Origin: Lama guanicoe
Taxonomy: Eukaryota
Reading direction: 5' to 3'
Assembly (NCBI GenBank): GCA_013239625.1
Contig: MU053559.1
Coordinates: 2,215,205 to 2,275,200 of the forward strand
Length of the DNA: 59,996 nt
Positions 1 through 10,190 of the stretch are shown here, piece by piece (within the stretch, counting starts at the first letter, position 1; every line of letters starts with the position of its first letter). A model generated the notes under the pieces. That model was not told the DNA's origin. It saw nothing but the letters and a program-made list of their open reading frames with translations, and searched no databases. The position numbers were made by a program, and so were the translations under genes.

Positions 1-365
1 GGGCACGTTTTCTTTGCTGGGTGAGTTGGGGGATGGCTCCTTCGGGGTGGCCTCAGCTCCTCTCCACATGATTTCTCAGCTTTAACCAGGCTAGCCTGGA
101 CTTGTTAACACTGTGGGTGGCAGGGTTCTAAGCGAGTGTGGAGGCATGCAGGATTTCTTGAGGGCTAGGTTTGCAATGGGTACCAGGTTACTTCCTCTGA
201 ATTCTCTTATCCCAAACAAGTCACAAAGCCACCCCTGATTCAGGAGGTGGGGAAATAGATTCCCTCTCCTGAAGGGAGGAGCTGCAGTCATGTCGCAAGG
301 AGCAGAGAGAGAGAGAGAGAGAGGGATGGCGAGAGAGAGAGAGAGATTAATTACAGCCATTTTTA
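1..365. mobile_element. MaLR LTR fragment (MLT1H/J-like)
   Basis: Contains caagtcacaaagccacccctgattcaggaggtggggaaatagattccctctcctgaagggaggagctgca, typical of old MLT1 LTRs; truncated by the window start. Confidence 0.75.
304..346. repeat. Interrupted (GA)n microsatellite
   Basis: Two AG runs separated by ggatggc. Confidence 0.95.
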
Positions 366-1959
366 CACTTAGCTAGGAACAGGAATATGAGATTAGATGA
401 GGCTTGGGCCAGAGGGCTGCTTCCACTTGGGTCACCAGCAGGGAGAACAAAAGTTGACCCTGACTAATGGCGTCTGTGTGCATCTAAGAGGAGCCCCAAC
501 CAAGATAGCCCCGTGGTTCTTAGCATCCTCTGTCGGCGCTCCCCTCAAGTCCTCTCTCCTTGTCCTTTTATCCAAAGTATATTTGAGACAGTCCCAGTTT
601 CCTCTGGCGTTGATGAAGTACCATTGGTGCTGTGGGCTGTCTTCTGCTGTATATACCCTCGGGCCCTGGGGACCTCCTGGTTACGGAGCACCCTTGAGAA
701 TTTGCCACGGATTTGTCTCTAGCATCTGATTTAAGAGGCATTTTTGGAAGAGGAGAATGTCACGAAGTGAAAACAGATCTAATTGATCGGGGCTGTGCAT
801 CCGTGTTCTCCGTTACCACGTGAGAAAATTGAAGCTGTCCTCCTACTGAGAAATAGCAGTAGTTTACCCAGTCTTCGTGTTTGTGTGCTTTTCCAACTGT
901 TACAAACTCTTCAGAGTGGACACATGAATCTAAATGTTTCTGATCTACTACCTATTGAAGAATCCTATAGAAGGAAGAGAGCACATTAGGAGGAAGCATC
1001 CTTACTCTATACAAGGAGGAACCTAGCTGCAATATACATGAAATGTACACTAGTAAATGTTCTTAGTAAAGCATGAGCGAGGCCAGTTTTCCAGAGATAA
1101 TATAGTAACCATGGGTAGGTTTGAGTTTGCCCAGAACTTGGTTTTAGTACACATCTGTATGTTTCGGGAGAGCTGGTTGAAGGAGTTTAAGAAAACAGAT
1201 AAAAATTTTACATCGTTCGAGCTTATTTCTACTAATCCTAGAGATACAGATGAACTGATAGGCGGCCAAAAAGCCTAAAAGAATAGGAGGCACTTAAAGG
1301 GCCTTAAGACCCCTAAAGACCCCTTATGACCTCTCTCACGTGTTTTTCCCCTGCTCTGCACCACTCCTAGATCGGCCATTGACACAGTTTAGAGGCATGA
1401 AAAATCCACAACTCAAGTAAGCCTCTGTCCACATAACAGATGTGCTACTATTTATGGGTGAAAATAGAACTTTCACTTGTGATAAAAATATCTTCTTGGA
1501 GCTTTTTCTTATGAGATGTTTTTCCTTTTGTTTTTTAGCGAACAAAAGATGTAGTTCTTATCTCACTTACTGTACCCTATTTATCGATCAGTTTCTTATT
1601 AAATCTCTGGATTGCATGTGCAGTTTATTTAACATGACAACATAAATTCAAGTGGCCACAGTGAAATGTTTTCAGAAGGCCACGACAATTTTGAGTTAGA
1701 AAATCAATATTTTTTCTCTATTAAAAATTTATCAAATCAAGGAATTTTAGCAGCTTGCAATAGGGTGCTGATTGAGATAGCATTTATAGGTTAACTCATG
1801 CTTTGTTTTTCTAAAAGAGCTAGTTTGATATTATAGACAATATTGTAAAACATTTTATGTATCATATTCCCAACATGTTGCATAATGTGTGTATTTACTG
1901 ATGTATAAATACATCTATACTATGTGGAGAGAGAAACATTGCTGCTCTGGTTCCCAGTA

Positions 1960-2070
1960 GGCTTCTAAATAGCCATGGGGCTGGACACATCATTCTTACT
2001 GCTCTGGGCTTCAGTTATGTCATCTCTAACATAAGGGTTGGACTATTTATCTTTAAAGTCCCGTCTTATT
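1960..2070 (+). mobile_element. MIR SINE fragment
   Basis: ctctgggcttcagttatgtcatctctaacataagggttggacta resembles the MIR core and 3' part. Confidence 0.55.
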
Positions 2071-2455
2071 TTGACACCCCATCAGTCTTAAGGCTGTGGT
2101 TGTGTTTTTTTCCCCCTAATTTTATTAGCCTCTAAAAACTATTATTGCGATTAAAATTTTTTGATTGCATAAAATGTAGAATTACATGATTATAAGTAAG
2201 GTTAATGAAAGGCAATCAGTGGCTAGGTGGAAGCCAGGAGGCACTGATCCATCATAGTATATTACGATTTATGCCATTGTAGAATTTTACTGTAGTGGGT
2301 CAAGAGCAGAGTGACTATAATCTTAATAAAGAGTGTAAACTTAATGTTGAATGGAGTGCCTACCCCTACACTGACCTCTTTATCCTCACCTTTTCAAGAA
2401 TAGGAAGGCTAAGTTTGTATTGGACTAAGTTTGGGGGCATTGCTATGTGACTTCC

Positions 2456-3950
2456 TCAGTGCTTGCCAAGTTTTTGTACTAAGCATGTGACATTCACTAA
2501 TCCAGGTATGGTGTTCCTTATATTCATCCTGTTTTGGTCTGCCGACCTTGAATTTGGAGGTTGATGTCTTTCATCAATTGGAAAATTCTCAGCCATTGGC
2601 TCTTCAGATAATTGCTTTTGTCCTCTTCTGTCCTCACTTCCCTCTGGCTCTCCAATCACATAATCATGTTTCTTAGGATCTGTTCTTTTTTTTTTTTCCT
2701 TTCCTCTTTTCTATTTGAGTTTTAATATGGATGTTTTCCCTGAACCTTTCTTTTGGAATTATTTATTGATTTGTTTATTTTGATTGAAGTATAGTTAGCT
2801 TACAATGTTGTGTCAGTTTCTGGTGTACAGCATCATGTTTCAGTCATACATATACATACATATATTCCTTTTCATATTCTTTTTCATTAAAGCTTACTAC
2901 GAGATATTGAATATAGTTCCCTGAGCTATACAGTAGAAACTTGTTGTTTATTCCATCAACCTTTATCTTTAAGTTTATGAATCCTGTCTTTTGCTATCTC
3001 TAGTCTGGTATTGAACCCATCCAGTGAGTTAATATCAGACACTGTATTTTTCTTAATTTCAGATACTTAATTTTTCTAGGCTGCCCATTTGACTTTTTTA
3101 TATCGATTCTAATTCTCTTTTGAAATTCTCCATCTTTTCATCCATTTCCTTCCTTTTTAACCAGATAATCAGTTAGTTTAAAGGTCTTGTATACTGAATC
3201 CAATAATCTGAATGTTCTGTGAGCCTGCATCTGTTGTATTTTTTTTCCTTTTGAATATTGGTTACATTTACTTGCAGCTTTTCTCATGTCTTAAGAATTT
3301 GTTAATTTTGTGCCAGACACAGTGGGTGAAAGAATCTTACTAGTTGTAGGTTACATCTTCCTCCAGAGACGATTTCCTTATTTTCCTCTGTTGGATAAAT
3401 CACAGTGAGGTGCTGATCACCTTCACTCCATCAGAAATTGAATGTACAGGTTGCAAGTGTCTTTCTTTTTTTTTTTTTTTCCTCCTGGACTTTTGTTTGA
3501 AACTTTAGAGGATCTTTGCCTTCTTAGCGCTGAAAGACCGTGGGAGATTAAATTTTCCCCTTTGGCAGTCTTGGGCTTAGTCTCCTGTCCCCTTAATTTC
3601 AAATTCTTGTGATTGTCTCAAGGAGAAAGCTGGTTATGTATTTGAGGCCACACTCCTACGTTGATAAAAACTTCATCTCCGATGCCCTGTGAAACTGGAG
3701 ACTTCACTCTGACTTTTTAGAAATCTTCAGCCTTAATAGCTCAGCTTCCCTCTCCCAGCTCCAGAACGGAACGAATGGCAGTATTTTCCATCTGTCACAC
3801 TGGCTTTTGCATGTTCATCAGAAAAGCTTTGCTGGTTTCTTTTCCTCAGTAGAAATCCTTTCTCCTGGTTAAGTCTCATCCATATGAGCCCAAAGTTCCC
3901 ACAGGAAGATCAGTGATTATCTGCTCACCTCAGAAGGGCTCCCTTCATTT
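2456..3950 (-). mobile_element. Old L1 (L1M-type) 5'/ORF1 region, interrupted by a younger L1 3' end
   Basis: Minus-strand ORF 2456-2659 IGEPEG...EEPMAENFP...QNRMN matches the L1 ORF1p motif IGVPEGE...EEIMAENFPNL. Confidence 0.8.
2756..2952 (-). mobile_element. Young L1 3' end (camelid/artiodactyl type), 5'-truncated
   Basis: ttgaagtatagttagcttacaatgttgtgtcagtttctggtgtacagc...gagatattgaatatagttccctgagctatacagtag; T-rich tail on the left; imperfect flanking aaccttt duplication. Confidence 0.9.
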
Positions 3951-3959
3951 ACTATTCTT

Positions 3960-4301
3960 TTTTAAAATATTTCTGTATTTTTTAAAAAAAATTTTATTGA
4001 AGTGTGGTTGATTTACAATGTTAGTTTCAAGTGTACAATTATATATATACACACACACACATATATATATATATACATATATTCTCAGATTCTTTTCCAT
4101 TATCAATTGCTACAAGAAATTGAATATAGCTCCCTGTGCTATACAGTAGCTCCTTGTTGTTTATCTACTTTATATATAGTAATGTTTATCTGTTAATCCC
4201 AAGTGCCTAATTGATCCCTCTCCTCTTTCCCGTTTGGTAACCATAGTTTATTTTCTGTGTCTGTCTATTTCTGGTTTGTAAATAACATTTTTATCTTTTT
4301 T
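3960..4301 (-). mobile_element. Young L1 3' end with internal (TA)/(CA) microsatellite
   Basis: ttttattgaagtgtggttgatttacaatgttagtttcaagtgtac...tccctgtgctatacagtag...tttggtaaccatag. Confidence 0.9.
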
Positions 4302-5249
4302 GGAGTCCTTTATGGTCTAATGGAAGACTCATCCTTTTTTTTTCCTCCCTGCATGAAACATATAAAATGGGATCTGCAATTTCAGAATGCATCATTTTCA
4401 CGTCCTCATCTATTCTGCTCATGAGGTCTTCTGTTTAAACGTGAAACATTTTTCAGCTTCGTGATAAAAGTAATTTTGGTAGCAAGCACCTGCTGACTCA
4501 TTCCAATCCTTCCAAAGGAGGAAAATGGGAATATATTAAACAATATGGTCCCCTTCAAAATACTTCCATTGCATTTGTTCGGTTTTTTTCAGTTTTAATT
4601 TGTCTAGAAACCTTTTTGTAGGTAGAAGATGGTAATGGAGGTAGTTTCCGTTGGTTTCAAGCTCTCAGATGGATTCCTTCTTGGATACATTTTCTTCTAT
4701 TTTGTGTTAAAATGAGGCACGACTGTCATTACAGACCCTCCCGTTCGTAAGACGAATTTGCTGCAAAGAATTCTAGTACCATGAATAGGCAGCATCCATA
4801 TGGTTTGCACATGTTAAAGGAGAGAAAGAGCCCCTCAAATGATTGAAATTGGAACCATTTCATTGTTAGGGAGCAGTTGTGTTGCTGACTTTTCTCTGAA
4901 GCTGTGTGAGACGTGGCTGGTGCCGAGAGCCCCGGGGCTAGTGGGAGCTCTGAGGTCTAGTGTGAGCTCTGCCTGCCACAAGTCATTTGTCCCAGGAGAC
5001 GCCTGTGTTCTCATCCTGAGGATGAGGATCTTGAAATAGTTGAACCCTAGTCCTCTCCTTCTCTGCCCTTTGGCTTCCAGTCGTTCCTCACTTGGAAATT
5101 AAGACTGTACTTGCATTTCAGTAAACTATATTGCAGGATCAATGAAAAGAATACGGCCATGCCAATTTCTTTTGACTCATGGATTTTCTGTTTGCGACAC
5201 CAAAAGCTATGTGTCTCTCTCTAAGAAACAATTAAAAAAAAAAGTACCT

Positions 5250-5482
5250 TTGAGTTGTGAGTGCCTAGATTCAAATCCCAGGTTTATCGTTCATCTGCTT
5301 GGGGGCCTCGGGCACATCTTCAATGTCTATAAAGCCTCAGTTTTCTCAACCGGAAATGGGTAGAATAGGAGAGCATTCTTACCTATTTCTCAGGGCTGTT
5401 GTGACGATTCACTAAAACTTCACTTCATGTATGAAGGCTCTTTATAAACACTAAGGAGCTGTAAAAACGTCCATTATCATTA
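5250..5482 (+). mobile_element. MIR SINE
   Basis: gattcaaatcccagg...ctcgggcacatc...gcctcagttttctcaaccggaaatggg...cttacctatttctcagggctgttgtgacgatt: MIR core and 3' region. Confidence 0.85.
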
Positions 5483-5616
5483 GGACTGGAACGACACCTT
5501 GTCAGCAGTAACCATCTGTTTGTTGTGGCTGTCACTGTCAGAAGTGAGATGGGAAAACAGCCCAAGGGTATTTAAATTATATTCACCTTGACTTTTGTTC
5601 CCCTTTCACTTTTTGT

Positions 5617-5635
5617 GGGAGGGTGGGTGGGAGGG
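5617..5635 (+). other. Potential G-quadruplex, five G3 tracts with 1-nt loops
   Basis: GGGAGGGTGGGTGGGAGGG read directly. Confidence 0.7.
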
Positions 5636-5929
5636 AAGTGGTCTAGGTAAGCTGACACTGTATGCAAGGTGTAAGCTCTCTCTTTGAAGCCCTTGATATG
5701 CAGAGCTGGTTGGGATGGTAGGATTATTTTCGCAAATCCTCCTCCTTTAAAGATGCAATTTAGAGACTTTAACTGACTTAAGGGAACAGAGCTGCTTCGC
5801 GGTAAAGCCCACAACTCGGACCAGTAAGTGTTTGCTCTCTGTTTAAACCTCGAGTTGGACAATTACTTCTACAATGTCGGTCAAGGAGCGAAATAAAGAG
5901 ATTTCTTTTGCTTTCAAACACTGGGATTT

Positions 5930-7200
5930 TCCACTTCCTTTCTCCCTAACCTCCTGACATCGCTCACTTGTCTCCTGCCTCACAGCCCCCACTCGCATCC
6001 TGGTGGTGGTGCCTCCCCTCCCGCTTCAGAGGAGAGAGTTCTCCACCTCTCACCCGAAGCTGCTCCCCGCCCCCCCCAACAACATGTGCTTTTGATTCTG
6101 ACCCCGTTTGCCTCCTCCAGGATTTATTCCAGCCCTTATCCTATCTGTGTCTTATCTTTCTTTCCCTTTCTGCTGGTTCTCTTTGGCCTACGGAGGTACC
6201 CAAGCTTGTCACAGAATTTCTTGTTTTGTTTTTACTTTGTCCCACACCCTACTTCTTTTCAGTACTTGGCTACTTGAAAGAGAAATGGGTAAGCCGTTTA
6301 CTTTCATTCCTTTTCTTTTTTTCTTTTTCTTTTTTCATTTTCTTTATTGTGGTAAAATACACAGGACGTAAAACTTGCTAGCTTGTACCGTGTTTACGTT
6401 ATACACGGCAGTGGTTCTAAATACATCCATAGTGTCGCGCAACCATCACCAGCATCCGTCTCCAGGATGCTCTTCGTTTTGCAAAACTGAAACGCTACCA
6501 CCATTAAACAGTAACTCCCCACGGCCATCTCCCCCAAGCCCCTGGCAACCGCCGTGCCCCTTACTGTCTATATAATTTTTCCATGTATTCCTTACGCAGG
6601 GCTATGCAAGCACAGTGATGGGGGGGCTTGGTGGTACCCCAGAAAAGTTCCCCGCCCTCCCTGTTGTCCTCTGTCTCCCTCTTGCTCCTCTTTTTCTTTC
6701 CTTTTTCTCACTCTCTGCCTCTCTCTTGCCCCCTGCTCCGCCCACTCCCCCAATGGTTGCAATTTGTTTGTTGGCCTCTCATGGGGACAACTTGCTCCCC
6801 AGCTCCTGGGCACTTCGTCCTCCTTTTGGCCTCTTTGATCCCTCCTCGGGGATCTAGGCTGGCTTTCTTCTCCTCGTCTGATTTTTTTTTTTTTTGGCTG
6901 AGGACCCAGAGACCCCCCGCCCGCTCTCCCTCCTTCTCTGGTCTTCCAGCCAACACGGAGGGGGGCTGTTTCCTCGCACCCTTGACACACCCAGCTGAGC
7001 CATGCCTCCGGCCCCTTGCTTCTCTTCTTCCATCCGCATTCTGCCCCTGGGGTGCCTTCCTCAGGGAAGTCTTTACCAGCATCCTCAGCGGCAGCTCCAC
7101 AGAACTTCGGCAGTCTCTCTCGCAGCCCCGATTTCAGTGCCACTGGGATTTCCAGTTTTGTCCCCTGCCCCCTCCGTGTTCAGAGAGTGCTTCCTGGGCA
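5930..7200 (+). mobile_element. Degraded L2 fragments flanking an L1MB insertion
   Basis: Pyrimidine-rich L2-like text (acatgtgcttttgattctgaccccgtttgcctcctccaggat; ggctggctttcttctcctcgtctg); heavily diverged. Confidence 0.45.
6340..6572 (-). mobile_element. L1MB-type 3' end
   Basis: tttattgtggtaaaatacac...aaccatcacc...gcaaaactgaaac...ccattaaacagtaactcccc...cccctggcaacc; T-rich tail at 6310-6345. Confidence 0.85.
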
Positions 7201-7446
7201 GGGACTGCGGTTCTCGCTCAGACTTGGCCCTCGCAGCTGAATACATGCAGGAACGCATTCGTTCATTCAAGTACACTTGCTATGTAGAGAAGTGCTTTTC
7301 TGATTTAAGAGGCTGAATGTTGCTCAACCACAGGGAACATCAAGATATAAAATCAGAAAAGAGAGGTGCACATTGTGCTGTATTGTGGGAATCTGTGACA
7401 TCAGCTAGTCAGTAAATCTTGAGTTATTTTACACCAAGTACCACAA

Positions 7447-7643
7447 TGTACTAGGTTAGGTCACATAATGGCCTTCCAAAGATGTCTGTGTCCTAATCTC
7501 TGAACCCTGTGAACATGTGAAATGGCAAAGGGGAATTAAGGTTGCAGTTGGAATTTAAGAGTGCTCAGCTGACTTGAAAATAGAGAGATTATCCTGGATT
7601 ATCTGGGTGGGCCCTCTGTAATCACAAGGGTCCTTAAAAGTGG
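7447..7643 (+). mobile_element. MaLR LTR 5' half (MLT1D-like)
   Basis: ataatggccttccaaagatgtctgtgtcctaatctctgaaccctgtgaa...gagattatcctggattatctgggtgggccc...taatcacaagggtccttaaaagtgg. Confidence 0.9.
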
Positions 7644-7877
7644 TATGTGCTGTAGGATCTCCTTAGAGCTAAAGTTCATGGATTGCTGCGGGTCTCAGAT
7701 TGTCTTGAATATTATTTTTGGTTAATGCTTCACTGATAAATTCTTTTCTATAAAGATATAATCATATCGGTTTTCTGTGATCTTAGCTGTAGTGAAAGAG
7801 AGGTCCCTTCTGAGTCATGCGCTTTCTGCCTGTCACCATATGGAATGTGCTAAATAATCCAAGAAATAGATATTAAG

Positions 7878-7960
7878 TCCTTTTTAGATGAGGAAGCAGG
7901 CGCAGAGCGGTTAACTTACACAAGGTCACACTGCTAGTAACTGGTGACCCTGAGGGTTCA
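7878..7960 (-). mobile_element. MIR fragment
   Basis: ttttagatgaggaagcaggcgcagagcggttaacttacacaaggtcacactgctagtaa (reverse MIR core). Confidence 0.8.
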
Positions 7961-8837
7961 CTGCACATAAAGAGAGAAATTCTGAGATGTGACATCTTCC
8001 CTTTTTTGTAACACATACTCGTGATTTATACTAATTTTTAAGAAGCCTTGCCTTCAAATCTGAGGATGAATTGGAATTTTATCGAAGCCGTATGACACTG
8101 TAACAGACGTAGACAACAGAGGACAAAAATTGACCGAAAGTTCACCAAAATCTTGATTATATTTTGATATATTTCCTTGGAGTCCTTTTGTTCCCATGCA
8201 TATGTATGTCGTCCTTTCCCACAGCTATAATCATAGTCACATTGTACTTCTTGCATTTTACATTATGTATTTTTTCCTCTCATGTGTTTTTATTATCTTT
8301 AATAGGCGTAGATTGTTTCCAATTTTTGATTAAAAGTAATACTGAGAGAACAGTTACTATCTGGGACATGCTGTTCTCTTGGCTGAGAGCAGGAACACAA
8401 TCCAAACCACGCAACACAGTTAAAACCTCTGCTTGCAGGTGGTTGGTGACATATCTGCTCACATTTCAAAGTGTGATCAAAGTGTGTCCTGGGGCCAAAC
8501 CCAGAGTCCGCCAGGTGGGCACACACACTTCTCCCCCATGACGGCCCACAGGTTGAGCAACCCGATTTTAGAGAGGGAGAAGTAATTGGGAGTCATGATC
8601 CCATTTACTACCGGGAAGGGAAAAGAGAGGTTTAAAACACAAAAATAGAAATAAATAAAAGTAGTAAATATAGACAGACTGGTGGGTTTTGAATCCAGAT
8701 TCTGACCTCAAGCAGAGGCTCTGTCTGCAGGTGCTTCCTCTGAAGTGGAAAGATTTTAAAAAGTGATGTGTTGAAAGCATCACTTTGCCTGACATGGAAT
8801 CAACTGCTAGCCAATGTTAGTTTCCTTTAAAGATGTA

Positions 8838-9035
8838 ATTTTTAAAAAATTAAAGTATAGTCAGTTACAATGTGTCAATTTCTGGTGTATAACAAAGTTT
8901 CAGTCATACATATACATACATATATTCGTTTTCATATTCTTTTTCATTATAGATTACTACAAGATAGTGAATATAGTTCCCTGCGCTATACAGCAGGACC
9001 TTGTTGTTTATCTATTTTATGTATAGTAGTTAGTA
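8838..9035 (-). mobile_element. Young L1 3' end
   Basis: ttaaagtatagtcagttacaatgtgtcaatttctggtgta...aagatagtgaatatagttccctgcgctatacagcaggaccttgttgtttatc. Confidence 0.9.
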
Positions 9036-9289
9036 CCTTGTTACTGAATGAGCCACTTCAGTGCCCCTGTTTGGATGGAACTCGACTTTCTTGAGTTTTA
9101 ACTCAAATATACACAACCGTTGTGGATTTTCTAGTGTTTAAAGAAAAGATCCGCCTCATTTGTGCATTAGTCTCCTTAAATTCCTTTAAAAAGTGCATAA
9201 TTACTTTTGGGGGGAGCTAATTTTAAATTCCTGGTCCCTAGGAATCCCCAAGGGGCGAATATCAACATTTCCCCGGTGATTATGTATTC

Positions 9290-9456
9290 TTTGTTACTTA
9301 AAGGGTGGTCCACGGGCCATCAGCCTTCCCAGCAACTGGGGGGCTTGTTAGAAATGCAGGACTTTGGGCTCCTCCCTTAGACTTATTGAATCAGAGTGTG
9401 CATTTCAGCAACATCCCCAGGGGATTCCTTTGTGTATTAGAAGCTGAATAGCACTG
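9290..9456. mobile_element. hAT-Charlie DNA transposon MER5A-like
   Basis: aaagggtggtccacgggcc...gggggcttgttagaaatgcag...tgaatcagagtgtgcattt...atccccaggggattc...gcactg. Confidence 0.85.
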
Positions 9457-10029
9457 AGGTAGATGGTCCTTAGAAATGCTGTTTTAAAAGAAGTTTTCTT
9501 TTTGAATTATTTGCCTTTCAATTTGACCCCGATGAATACATCAATAATAATAATAATTAGGTAAAATTAAAAAAATTTAAAGTATACCTCTTTACTTAAA
9601 ATAGGCATAGTTAGAACAGTAATTATTTAGAATCATTGTTTTCTTCCTTTTTAACTTCTAAGAAAAGCGATGTTATTTTATCTGGAAGTCTTGATCTTGC
9701 TTACAGGCTATTGGGCCATGACATTTTGTTTGGCTTATTTGAATCTCGGAAGTCTTAGGTTTTTATGAGATGAAACTCAAGCAGTGTTACAAGTAATCTA
9801 ACATGTAACATCTTGAGTCTTTGGAACAAAGTGATGATTTTTGAACTAAAGAATCTTTTGTGCTGCTTGTTCCTGTTCTTTGATGGTCATCTTGTCCTTG
9901 AGTTTCCTTATGTGTGGATTATGTGTAGATATCAGCGGATCTAACTCACTGGAGGGAGGCGCTGAATGCAGTGGGGTTTAAAAATCCTTTACAAACTCAG
10001 ATGCCCAACCTATGTGAGGTGTTTGCCTG

Positions 10030-10190
10030 GCTTTAGGGCAAATGTGCACCTGTGTTTGTCGATATAAATTTTATCGGAACTCAACCATGCCGTTTTAGTT
10101 GATGGTCTGTGGCTGATTTCAACAACACAATGGCAGCAGAGTGACAGAGACTACGTATGACCATTTATGGAAAAGATTTGTCAACCTCTG
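10030..10190. mobile_element. hAT-Charlie MER58A-like
   Basis: aaattttatcggaactcaaccatgcc...gtctgtggctg...acaatggcag...gacagagac...gaaaagatttgtcaacctctg. Confidence 0.7.

Larger units (their letters stand above)
730..8156 (+). pseudogene. Candidate decayed, intron-containing polycystin-1 family (PKDREJ-like) pseudogene, 3' part
   Basis: Colinear segments: 822-1114 EKIEAVLL...VCVLFQLLQTLQSGHMNLNVS (donor GG|GTAGGT at 1115); 1539-1789 after a polypyrimidine-AG acceptor, VVLISLT...YLT*QHKF/QVATV...FSLLK/AACNRVLIEIAFIG across frameshifts; 4369-4469 GICNFRMHHFHVLIYSAHEVFCLNVKHF (donor GTAATT 4470); 4622-4746 LSDGFLLGYIFFYFVLK*GTTVI (acceptor tttgtag, donor GTAAGA 4747); 8043-8156 KSEDELEFY. These resemble, in order, the TOP-domain end, S3-S5, pore helix, S6 and C-tail of PKDREJ as I recall it. 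Multiple stops and frameshifts. Not verified by search. Confidence 0.45.

Noticed and set aside
1303..1332. Three imperfect 10-bp repeats (cttaagaccc/ctaaagaccc/cttatgacct)
   Set aside because: Ordinary short slippage repeat with no further structure.
6592..7316. Overlapping long ORFs (183, 219, 130, 104 aa) on both strands
   Set aside because: Low-complexity C/T-rich, GC-shifted repeat-derived sequence that is poor in stops; no recognisable domain.
8038..8130. Alternative minus-strand exon reading ...ILRFEG with a pyrimidine-rich acceptor and GC donor
   Set aside because: Isolated; the short RFEG match to PKD1 conflicts with the + strand colinear series and is likely chance. Kept as a caution about by-eye matching.
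730..8156. Calling the remnants the PKD1L1 or PKDREJ orthologue
   Set aside because: Similarity is far lower than expected for a placental orthologue, and PKDREJ is intronless, so no gene symbol was assigned.
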